From: an uncultured Gammaproteobacteria bacterium
GTDB lineage: Bacteria; Patescibacteriota; Microgenomatia; Daviesbacterales; UBA10151
Assembly: GCA_964522265.1 (NCBI GenBank)
Contig: CAZFVS010000015.1
Span: 292 to 14,472, forward strand
DNA length: 14,181 bases
Reading direction: 5' to 3'
How positions within the stretch are numbered: position 1 is the first letter of the stretch; each line of letters starts with the position of its first letter. The translations under genes and the position numbers were made by a program. Positions 6,431 to 12,892 of this stretch are shown piece by piece. The notes beneath the pieces were generated by a model. The model made no database searches, was not told the origin of the DNA, and saw only the letters and a list, made by a program, of their open reading frames with translations.

Positions 6431-6967
6431 GGTAAAGAAAAATTCAATTAATTTGTTTGGGTTTTCAATTTTTTCAGCCTCAATATAAACTACCTCATTT
6501 TCAACTCCAAAAAATTCTCTTAGGAACCGTACAACTTCATAGCATGGATGAGGATGAACAAAAACACTGTTTTGCAGTTTATAAAACCCTAACATTTTTA
6601 TTTTTCTTCTCAAAAGTGCTCTTGATTTATTTTTTTGGATAGGGATATCAAAAATAATAATCCGCCATTTTTTATCCCATTTTTGTGGTTTTTCGATTTG
6701 TAATAAGCCTAATTTGATACTTTTTAATTTTACCTTACCCTCTTTTGTTAATTTTATCTCTTCTAGCCCGCTTTTTCTTTTGACAATTTCCACCAGACCT
6801 CTTTTCTTCAACCTTTTTATCTCTTGATTAATTCTTGCTAGATCAATTTTTTCAAGTAATGGTATGGCTTTAGAAATTCCAGGAGCCACTAGTGCTAACG
6901 AAACAAACCCAATAATTCCTAATGCAAGCAGTATATGTTTTGCTACTTCTTTTCTTTCTTCGGCCAT
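6428..6967 (-). CDS. Membrane-anchored PaaX-like protein: N-terminal TM helix, winged-helix-like segment, PaaX C-terminal / Cas2-like (ferredoxin-fold) domain
   Basis: 179 aa. Hydrophobic helix HILLALGIIGFVSLALVAPGI; then RLKKRGLVEIVKRKSGLEEIKLTKEGKVKL (wHTH-like); then WDKKWRIIIFDIPIQKNKSRALLRRKIKMLGFYKLQNSVFVHP, which follows the PaaX C-domain / Cas2 pattern (W-x-x-W, hydrophobic strand, D-I-P, basic helix, G-F, hydrophobic strand). The family call rests on remembered motifs, not a search. Confidence 0.8.
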   Translation of the reverse strand: MAEERKEVAKHILLALGIIGFVSLALVAPGISKAIPLLEKIDLARINQEIKRLKKRGLVEIVKRKSGLEEIKLTKEGKVKLKSIKLGLLQIEKPQKWDKKWRIIIFDIPIQKNKSRALLRRKIKMLGFYKLQNSVFVHPHPCYEVVRFLREFFGVENEVVYIEAEKIENPNKLIEFFFT

Positions 6968-6989
6968 TATCTTTCTTGAGTTAAAGAGT

Positions 6990-7018
6990 GATATACCATA
7001 TCTTTAGTTAATTAACAA
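6990..7018 (-). promoter_or_regulatory. Candidate promoter of the PaaX-like gene: -35 TTGTTA, 17 nt, TGG-TATATC
   Basis: TTGTTA is the complement of 7013-7018; TATATC the complement of 6990-6995 with TGG immediately upstream. The -10 lacks the final T, so it is weak. It lies within or next to the right repeat copy and the palindrome AACAATTGTT (7014-7023). Confidence 0.3.
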
Positions 7019-7045
7019 TTGTTGCTACGTAGGAATTATTGTTAT
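7016..7045. repeat. Right copy of the ~30 bp imperfect direct repeat
   Basis: See 6401-6430. Embedded in the palindromes TTAATTAA and AACAATTGTT, and contains CTACGTAG. Confidence 0.5.
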
Positions 7046-7049
7046 AATT
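7022..7049 (+). promoter_or_regulatory. Candidate plus-strand promoter pointing antisense into ybaB: TTGCTA, 16 nt, TGT-TATAAT
   Basis: -35 TTGCTA at 7022-7027; extended -10 TGT (7041-7043) plus perfect TATAAT (7044-7049). No plus-strand ORF follows. GTTATAATTGAACC resembles the 6011-6024 promoter segment GTTATAATTCAAAC (12 of 14). Confidence 0.3.
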
Positions 7050-7118
7050 GAACCATAATCCTTTCTGTTGCTAACGAGGGTTAGTAAAAACAAGAAGCGG
7101 TAATATTTCGCAATATTG

Positions 7119-7397
7119 TTACATTCCAGGAAGTCCCATCCCGCCCATCAAACCTTTCATCTCTTCAGCTGCAACTTTTTGTGATTGTTTTAACGCCTCA
7201 TTGACAGCCTCGGTAATTTTCCCATGATCCAATTCGCCTGAGATGGAAACCAGTTTTTGGTCTGCCGTCATAACCACTGTCACACTCCTATGCTCAACTG
7301 TAATTTTTATACCCGAAAGCTTCTTTTGCACTTCCATAGCTTGATCCCGCATTTTTTTCAGATCACCAAGTTGTTTTAAATTGTCCATCAAACCCAT
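7119..7397 (-). CDS. ybaB: Nucleoid-associated protein YbaB/EbfC family
   Basis: 92 aa. Typical YbaB pattern: MxxLxKQAQxMQxxL-like N-terminus (LKKMRDQAMEVQKKL), strand segment VTVVMTADQKLVSI, and a C-terminal G/M-rich tail. Confidence 0.9.
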   Translation of the reverse strand: MGLMDNLKQLGDLKKMRDQAMEVQKKLSGIKITVEHRSVTVVMTADQKLVSISGELDHGKITEAVNEALKQSQKVAAEEMKGLMGGMGLPGM

Positions 7398-7404
7398 GGA
7401 AAGA

Positions 7405-8280
7405 TTATAACATTATTGTTCGAGCGAAGCGAGAACTATATCGCTCAGGATGACTTCGGCAAAACGCCTCAGTCACATTTTCCATCAAAGAGATAATAGT
7501 CATCGGGCCAACACCACCGGTTTTTCTGGTCATTCTGGAGACTTTTTCTAAAACATTGTCCGTATCCACATCTTTTCCTATATCCACCACTAAAGCTCCT
7601 TTCTTTACCATATCTTCAGTCACTAAATTGGGCTGCCCCACAGCACTAATTAAAATATCAGCCTGTTTTGCTAAAGTTTTTAAAGCAGGATCAGCCCTTG
7701 ACACTCCTATCACCCGTTCACCCTTCTCATAAAGCACTTTAACCAGTCCCGAACCCACCATCCCATGCACCCCTCCCAAAACCCTGATAACTCTCCCTTT
7801 CCCCAACACTCCCTCAGACTCCAAAATTGTCATTACTCCTTTGACTGTAGCAGGAAGATAGGAGGATTTTTCGGTTAGACCATCCACATCTTTTTCTGGT
7901 GAAATTTTATCCAGTAACTGTTTGGGTGCTCTCCCATCCAAAAGGCTTCCGGGAATAGGCAGCTGCATCATAATTCCATCTACGGCGGAATCATTATTAT
8001 ATTTTGCAATTTTTAATGCGACCGCATCAAATTGCGCTTTAGGTGAGATTTTCTCTGTTTTAAATACAATCCCCAATTCTCCAGCTTTTTTTGCTTTCAT
8101 TCCGGTATATTGCACAGAAGGAGGATCATCCTGATTTACAAAGCTAACCAATTTTGGCGGGCGCGCTCCTTGAAACTCTGCTAAGGTTTGCCTGAGCTTT
8201 TCCTCATGCTCCAGCGCCAATTTTATACCATCAATAATTTTATTCAAAGAAGAGCTATGCTCATCCATATTTTGCTCCAT
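7405..8280 (-). CDS. folD: Bifunctional methylenetetrahydrofolate dehydrogenase/cyclohydrolase FolD
   Basis: Contains SVQYTGMKAKKAGELGI (the YxxxK region), DGIMMQLPIP, PEKDVDGL and TGGVGPMTI. I prefer the ATG at 8280 (MEQNMDEHSS), 4 nt after the glyA stop, over the track's TTG at 8325, which would overlap glyA by 41 nt. The dinucleotide-binding loop (GGVHGMVGSG) is divergent. Confidence 0.88.
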   Translation of the reverse strand: MEQNMDEHSSSLNKIIDGIKLALEHEEKLRQTLAEFQGARPPKLVSFVNQDDPPSVQYTGMKAKKAGELGIVFKTEKISPKAQFDAVALKIAKYNNDSAVDGIMMQLPIPGSLLDGRAPKQLLDKISPEKDVDGLTEKSSYLPATVKGVMTILESEGVLGKGRVIRVLGGVHGMVGSGLVKVLYEKGERVIGVSRADPALKTLAKQADILISAVGQPNLVTEDMVKKGALVVDIGKDVDTDNVLEKVSRMTRKTGGVGPMTIISLMENVTEAFCRSHPERYSSRFARTIML

Positions 8281-8284
8281 ATTT

Positions 8285-9571
8285 TTAAAGTCCCGGTACC
8301 GGATATTTTTTGGCAAATTCTTCAATTTTCAGCCTGACTTTTTTCAACTTCCCATTCCCGGCCATCTTTACCTTAAAATCCGCAATAAACCCCTTCCTTT
8401 CCCCCTGCTCCTTAGGCAGATCAAATCCCCGAATCTCCTCTAAAACCTGTTTTATCCAGCCGGCAATTTTTACCATCTCCTGCTCCTTCATATCTCTTGA
8501 GGTCAGCGCCGGAGTACCCAAACGGATTCCAGAAGGATAGAAAGGCGAAGATTTTTCCCCGGGCACAGTATTTCTATTGGCATAAATCCCGCTGATCTCA
8601 AGGGCGGTCTGTGCCTGATAACCCATACCAAAACCATAGGCAGACAGATCCCATAAAATGAGGTGATTTTCAGTTTTAGTGCCTAACTCTTTGGCTAAAA
8701 CTTTTGCATTAACCACAATCTGGTGGGCGTACTGTTTAAATCCAATAGACTGTGCTTCTTCCAAAGCTACAGCCAAAGCGGCAACCTGGTTGTCATGAGG
8801 ACCCCCCTGAAGCCCGGGAAAAACAGCTTTGTCAATTTTTGACGGCAGCTCCGGATCTTTGTTACACCCCCCGGGTGTAACAAGAATCATGGCACCACGG
8901 GGGCCTCTTAAGGTTTTGTGCGTGGTTGTCGTTATAACATGGGCAAAATCTACAGGCGAGGGGTGCTGTCCTCCAATAACCAAACCCACAATATGTGAAA
9001 TATCCGCTACCAAATATGCACCTGCCTTCTCTGCTACCCTGGAAAATGCTTCCCAGTCAAAGATAAAAGGGTAGGCTGTACCACCCACCCAAATAATTTT
9101 GGGTTGATGCTTTTTGGCTAAAGACTCCACCTCACCCATATCAATCCGGCCATCGTTTTTGACAGTATATTGTATAGCGTTAAAAAGTTTTGAAGTAAAA
9201 GATGCTTGAGCTCCATGGGTTAAATGCCCACCTGAGGGAAGCGCCATCCCCATGATAGTATCACCGGGATTTGCCAAAGCCAGGTCAACGGCTAAATTGG
9301 CCGGGGAACCTGAGTACGGTTGAACGTTGGCATGGATCGTGCCAAAAATCTTATTGGCCAAATCCCTGGCATAATTTTCAATATCGTCAATTATCTTATT
9401 TCCCGCATAATATCTGGCTCCGGGGTACCCCTCAGAATATTTATTGGTCAAAACTGACCCCAACGCCTGTAAAACATTCGCTGACACGTAATTTTCAGAC
9501 GGGATCATCTCCAAACCGTTAATTTGCCTTAGTTTTTCAGCCTCAATCAGGGCAAAAATTTTTGATGGCAT
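8285..9571 (-). CDS. glyA: Serine hydroxymethyltransferase
   Basis: 428 aa, full-length SHMT. PLP-lysine motif TTTTHKTLRGPRG; N-terminal ELIPSENY-like (LEMIPSENYVS). Confidence 0.97.
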   Translation of the reverse strand: MPSKIFALIEAEKLRQINGLEMIPSENYVSANVLQALGSVLTNKYSEGYPGARYYAGNKIIDDIENYARDLANKIFGTIHANVQPYSGSPANLAVDLALANPGDTIMGMALPSGGHLTHGAQASFTSKLFNAIQYTVKNDGRIDMGEVESLAKKHQPKIIWVGGTAYPFIFDWEAFSRVAEKAGAYLVADISHIVGLVIGGQHPSPVDFAHVITTTTHKTLRGPRGAMILVTPGGCNKDPELPSKIDKAVFPGLQGGPHDNQVAALAVALEEAQSIGFKQYAHQIVVNAKVLAKELGTKTENHLILWDLSAYGFGMGYQAQTALEISGIYANRNTVPGEKSSPFYPSGIRLGTPALTSRDMKEQEMVKIAGWIKQVLEEIRGFDLPKEQGERKGFIADFKVKMAGNGKLKKVRLKIEEFAKKYPVPGL

Positions 9572-9580
9572 AACCTGATT

Positions 9581-9589
9581 AGTATATCA
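9581..9589 (-). promoter_or_regulatory. Extended -10 candidate (TGA-TATACT) 9 nt upstream of the glyA ATG
   Basis: TATACT is the complement of 9581-9586 and TGA the complement of 9587-9589. It uses the same TATACT hexamer and 9 nt distance as the cysS candidate. No SD; no clear -35. Confidence 0.3.
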
Positions 9590-9624
9590 AATCAGATTTA
9601 AAATTGCTCAGGCTACATTTCAGG

Positions 9625-9906
9625 CTAAATTCTCTCCATTGGCTTCTGAAAATATTTTTCAATTTTATCCTGAACTTCAGGACTGATGCCATCACATTCC
9701 TGGTCTAATTCATCTCCCAACCTATCCATCTCATCGAACAACTCGTCTTTCTCATCCTCAATTCTATCCAGCTCCTCATCGATTTTATCCAGGGCATCGT
9801 ACAGCTCAATAATTTTCCAAACTTTCTCCATCTCTTCCGGAGTTAAATTGGACAAATCTATCTCATCATAATCATAGATTTCTAAATTTGTTTCTCTTTC
9901 TCTCAA
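9625..9906 (-). CDS. Highly acidic 93 aa hypothetical protein (D/E-rich, helical by composition)
   Basis: TTG start at 9906-9904, preceded by a strong SD GGAGGTGA (complement of 9913-9920) at 6 nt. Sequence is rich in DE repeats (EELDRIEDEKDELFDEMDRLGDELDQE). Confidence 0.65.
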   Translation of the reverse strand: MRERETNLEIYDYDEIDLSNLTPEEMEKVWKIIELYDALDKIDEELDRIEDEKDELFDEMDRLGDELDQECDGISPEVQDKIEKYFQKPMERI

Positions 9907-9924
9907 GATTTATCACCTCCCTTG

Positions 9925-9951
9925 CCCCGCGAAGCTATCAGCGAAGTGGGG
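9925..9951. repeat. GC-rich imperfect palindrome with internal direct repeat GCGAAG
   Basis: ccccGCGAAGctatcaGCGAAGtgggg lies between the dnaX stop (9952) and the SD of the acidic ORF. Outer CCCC/GGGG and inner GCT/AGC pairings are separated by a symmetric GAA/GAA mismatch. No T-tract follows. Confidence 0.4.
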
Positions 9952-11571
9952 CTAGTTCACCGGTTCTGAATTAAAAATCTCTGCTGCAACCCTGATTACC
10001 TCATCATCTGCTGCCAATTCAACATTTGCTATCTCTTCAATCCTCATCGGCTTCACGCCTAATACATAGCTTACTCTGACTTCTTTTTCTAACACATCGG
10101 ATAAAACAGATTCAAGCAAGCTTCTGTTTTTCGGTGATTCAAGAATCCTTTGGTGAAAAGAGTAGGGAACTTCAAACACCACATTTCCAGCTTCACAGCT
10201 TAAAACAGTGGCTTGCTTCAAAAGAGCCTCCAGGGAATAATTATACGGTTTAACTGTTTCCAATATGTATACCCATTTGTCCAAAAGTTTGTGCATATCA
10301 GCAGGATCCACAGTATTACCAGAGGAATTCTGTACACCGGGTGAAGCCTGTATTTCAATCTCAGCGGTCCGGTGTACCGGGTTCAAAGTTGTACCAATCT
10401 TTAATACATTATCAGATTGAGTCTGGTTTGACATCCGATACCCGACATCTGATATCCAACCTTGGCAGCTCTCTACCACTGCTATCTCAAGCGGCAGAGT
10501 TGGATGGGACGAAATTTTTAGCTTCTCCAAGGCCTGCTGGAAAAAACCAATTGATGAAATCAGATCTCCGGAGGAAAATTTGTCCGCCAATTCAACTGCC
10601 TCCGTGAACTTGGCTGAACCCAAATCCTCCTTAACCACCTCTAAAGCCTGATGTTTAATCAGAAGTATGGCGCGTAAAACATCCAAAACAGAAAGAAGAT
10701 ACTCCCTGGTACTGATACCTTTCTCTAGTTGCCTACCGATAGTTTCCAAACCTTTTTTAGCGTCTTTTTGGGCAATTGAGTTCAAAAGTTGAATTATATC
10801 CTCAAACCCGCCGCTGGATAACTGCCGCTGCACATCCAATGTGCTGATTGTTTCCTGACCCAGTGAAACCAGCTGTTCAAGCAATTTTACAGCATCCCTG
10901 AAGCTGCCCTCCCCTTTTTTGGCGATCAGCCGGATAGCATCTGGATCTATCTTAATTTTTTCTTTTTTAACAATACTTTCTAAAAGTTCAAATAGGTCCT
11001 TTGTGCTTGCTTGTTTAAATTCAAGTTTCTGCACTCTTGACATAATGGTTTGCGGAATTTTTTGCGGTTCGGTGGTCGCCAGAATAAAAAGAGCGTGGTC
11101 AGGTGGTTCTTCTAAAGTCTTCAGCAGTGCATTAAACGCCTCAGCAGTTAACATATGTGCTTCATCAATTATATAAACTTTTTTATTGCTTGAAGTTGGG
11201 ACAAGCTTAATCTTTTCTTTAAGATCCCTGATATCATCTATCCCTCTGTTGGAGGCTGCATCAATTTCAATAAGATCCAGACTGGTACCACTAGTTATAG
11301 ATATACAGGAATCACATTTATTACAAGGGATGGTCCGGTTATCAGTTTTTTGTTGTCGGTTTTCAGAATTTGCGAGAACCGATAACTGACAATTGACCAT
11401 TTTTGCTAATATTCTTGCCGTTGAGGTTTTACCAGTACCTTTCAGGCCGCAAAAAAGATAGGCATGGGAAAGCTTATTTTTCGAGAAAGCTTGCGACAAA
11501 ATCTCTTTAATCCCCCGCTGTCCAACAATTTCTTCAAGTGCTTGGGGACGGTATTTTAGATAAAAAGCCAT
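9952..11571 (-). CDS. dnaX: DNA polymerase III subunit gamma/tau
   Basis: 539 aa. AAA+ clamp-loader motifs: Walker A GLKGTGKTS, Walker B VYIIDEAHML, SRC-like (IMSRVQK), sensor-2 GSFRDA, and a zinc module C-x21-C-x2-C-x2-C with an unusually long first spacer. Confidence 0.95.
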   Translation of the reverse strand: MAFYLKYRPQALEEIVGQRGIKEILSQAFSKNKLSHAYLFCGLKGTGKTSTARILAKMVNCQLSVLANSENRQQKTDNRTIPCNKCDSCISITSGTSLDLIEIDAASNRGIDDIRDLKEKIKLVPTSSNKKVYIIDEAHMLTAEAFNALLKTLEEPPDHALFILATTEPQKIPQTIMSRVQKLEFKQASTKDLFELLESIVKKEKIKIDPDAIRLIAKKGEGSFRDAVKLLEQLVSLGQETISTLDVQRQLSSGGFEDIIQLLNSIAQKDAKKGLETIGRQLEKGISTREYLLSVLDVLRAILLIKHQALEVVKEDLGSAKFTEAVELADKFSSGDLISSIGFFQQALEKLKISSHPTLPLEIAVVESCQGWISDVGYRMSNQTQSDNVLKIGTTLNPVHRTAEIEIQASPGVQNSSGNTVDPADMHKLLDKWVYILETVKPYNYSLEALLKQATVLSCEAGNVVFEVPYSFHQRILESPKNRSLLESVLSDVLEKEVRVSYVLGVKPMRIEEIANVELAADDEVIRVAAEIFNSEPVN

Positions 11572-11576
11572 ACAAG

Positions 11577-11924
11577 TTAGTCGTGGTGAATACCTAATAA
11601 ATGCCTGGTACCATGCTCAATCAAAAAAAGCAGCTGTTCCTCTACTGAAACTCCTTCCAAAGAAGCGTCTTTGAGCAGTTCCGGGTAGGATATTAAAATA
11701 TCCCCAAGCCGCAGGATCTTGTCAGGAGACCTAACAAAACCCATTCTGGGGACATGCTGCAACAGGTCGCTGGAGACCGGATCTTCCAATGCAAAAGAGA
11801 GAATATTGGTAGTGGCATCTATATCCCTATATTTCCTGTTAACAGCATGCATCTTCCTGTCACCAACAATAGTTACCCCTATTTCAATATTACCTGTAAT
11901 TTTATGGCGCTGCAGAAGTCCCAT
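11577..11924 (-). CDS. ybeY: Endoribonuclease YbeY (rRNA maturation factor). Coordinates use the first ATG; the true N-terminus probably extends to about 11993
   Basis: Metal-binding motif HGTRHLLGIHH (HGxLHLxGxDH family) and TNILSFAL. The in-frame upstream sequence IINIIISSDSRYPVNKIAIQTCI resembles the usual first strand and helix of YbeY but has no ATG, GTG or TTG. Confidence 0.85.
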   Translation of the reverse strand: MGLLQRHKITGNIEIGVTIVGDRKMHAVNRKYRDIDATTNILSFALEDPVSSDLLQHVPRMGFVRSPDKILRLGDILISYPELLKDASLEGVSVEEQLLFLIEHGTRHLLGIHHD

Positions 11925-11989
11925 AATACAGGTCTGGATTGCAATCTTGTTAACAGGATATCTTGAATCCGAACTGATAATAATGTTAA

Positions 11990-12163
11990 TTATTTTTTCT
12001 TTTTCTCCTTTAGTTCTGTTTTTAAATCCTTCATCAAACCCCAGAGTTCTTTTTCTTTTTGATCCTTCTTTGTTTTTGAAACAATAAGCTGCCTATATCC
12101 TGTATACAAGCAAATTATGAAAAACACCAATATAAAAATTTGCCATAACAGCCATAAATCCAT
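11990..12163 (-). CDS. Small predicted membrane protein, 57 aa (below the ORF-track cutoff)
   Basis: Own translation: MDLWLLWQIFILVFFIICLYTGYRQLIVSKTKKDQKEKELWGLMKDLKTELKEKKKK. One hydrophobic helix plus a Lys-rich tail. The ATG is 8 nt after the yqeY stop, and the TAA stop overlaps the candidate ybeY ATA/ATT start. It fills an otherwise empty 247 nt gap. Confidence 0.4.
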   Translation of the reverse strand: MDLWLLWQIFILVFFIICLYTGYRQLIVSKTKKDQKEKELWGLMKDLKTELKEKKKK

Positions 12164-12171
12164 ATGATTAA

Positions 12172-12609
12172 TTAACTCAATTGTTCCCTCACCAAAACAC
12201 TCACTCTTGAGCCATCTGCCTTGCCTAAAACTTTACCCATCACAGCATTCATTACCCGACCCATCTGATTCAAATCCTGAGCACCTATCTCTTTTATAGT
12301 CTCTTCTATAATTTTAGTCAATTCCTCATTTGTCATCTGGGCAGGTAGATATGCTTTCAAAATTTCAGCCTCTGCCTCTTCCTTGCCAGCCAATTCTTCC
12401 CTATTGCCTTGCCTGAACCCTGCTGCAGCCTCAACCCTTTTTTTTAACTCCCGCCTGATAACCTGAATAATGTCCTCCTCACTAAGCTGCATACCTTTTT
12501 GTATCTTTGCATTATTAATTTCTGAAATTAAAAGGCGCAGAGTGGAAACCCGCAATCCGTCGCGGGCAAGCTGTGCCTGTTTTAGATCTTCTTTGAGCTG
12601 GTCCTCCAT
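12172..12609 (-). CDS. yqeY: GatB/YqeY domain-containing protein
   Basis: 145 aa. Typical YqeY N-terminus (LKEDLKQAQLARDGLRVSTLRLLISEINNA) and C-terminal GKADGSRVSVLVREQL. Immediately follows rpsU, as in many Gram-positive-type operons. Confidence 0.9.
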   Translation of the reverse strand: MEDQLKEDLKQAQLARDGLRVSTLRLLISEINNAKIQKGMQLSEEDIIQVIRRELKKRVEAAAGFRQGNREELAGKEEAEAEILKAYLPAQMTNEELTKIIEETIKEIGAQDLNQMGRVMNAVMGKVLGKADGSRVSVLVREQLS

Positions 12610-12622
12610 AACTTGTGGAATA

Positions 12623-12820
12623 TTACTGGTTATACCGCTTAGCCCTCATTATTTTTCTTCTCTTCTCAGCCAATCTTTCCTGGCGCTTTTCAGAATCCTT
12701 TTTATGAAAAGCCCTATCGCGATATTCCTGAACAACCTTCTCCAAAACTACCCGTTTTTGAAATTTACGTATGACAGAATCTGAAGTATCATTCGGACCC
12801 GCCCTCACTATAATTGACAT
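12623..12820 (-). CDS. rpsU: 30S ribosomal protein bS21
   Basis: 65 aa basic protein: SDSVIRKFQKRV...FHKKDSEKRQERLAEKRRKIMRAKR matches the bS21 pattern. SD GGGGAGGTG (complement of 12829-12837) lies 10 nt upstream of the ATG. Confidence 0.92.
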   Translation of the reverse strand: MSIIVRAGPNDTSDSVIRKFQKRVVLEKVVQEYRDRAFHKKDSEKRQERLAEKRRKIMRAKRYNQ

Positions 12821-12892
12821 ATTTACAGCACCTCCCCGTTTATTATGTCTGACTGCTATTGTACACCAAAACTTCCGATTTGTCTTGAATAC

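Noticed and set aside
6470-6484. 15 nt exact repeat tttttcagcctcaat, also at 9533-9547.
   Set aside because: Both copies are inside coding regions (PaaX-like gene and glyA). On the minus strand both encode the same pentapeptide IEAEK with the same common codons, and similarity stops at the edges. This is coincidental rather than a mobile or regulatory repeat.
7101-7118. AATATT-GCGA-AATATT hairpin after ybaB as a terminator.
   Set aside because: The stem is 6 bp and all A/T, and the T-run is displaced by about 12 nt. It is not a convincing intrinsic terminator.
7419-7437. Imperfect hairpin GTTCGAGC-GAA-GCGAGAAC at the 3' end of folD, just before ybaB.
   Set aside because: The stem is interrupted by a 2x2 mismatch and lies inside coding sequence. 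There is no supporting feature beyond a slightly unusual FolD C-terminal tail.
8281-8325. Track start of folD at the TTG at 8325 (MKNLPKNIRY...).
   Set aside because: It would overlap the 3' end of glyA by 41 nt and add a non-homologous N-terminal extension. The ATG at 8280, just past the glyA stop, gives a FolD of typical length.
9575-9595. Inverted repeat CTGATT-N9-AATCAG upstream of glyA as a regulatory hairpin or riboswitch remnant, and the 8 nt direct repeat tcaggcta (9608-9615, 9620-9627).
   Set aside because: The elements are very short and AT-rich, and the region (53 nt) is too small for a known THF or glycine riboswitch. The sequence is better explained as the extended -10 region.
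10912-10924. A6 run in dnaX (GCC AAA AAA GGG) as a programmed frameshift site producing gamma.
   Set aside because: The A-run starts at a codon boundary, so it does not form the A-AAA-AAG heptamer in the required phase. It lies at about residue 218, in the sensor-2 region, far upstream of where the tau/gamma frameshift occurs in E. coli. No downstream stem-loop or upstream SD-like enhancer was seen.
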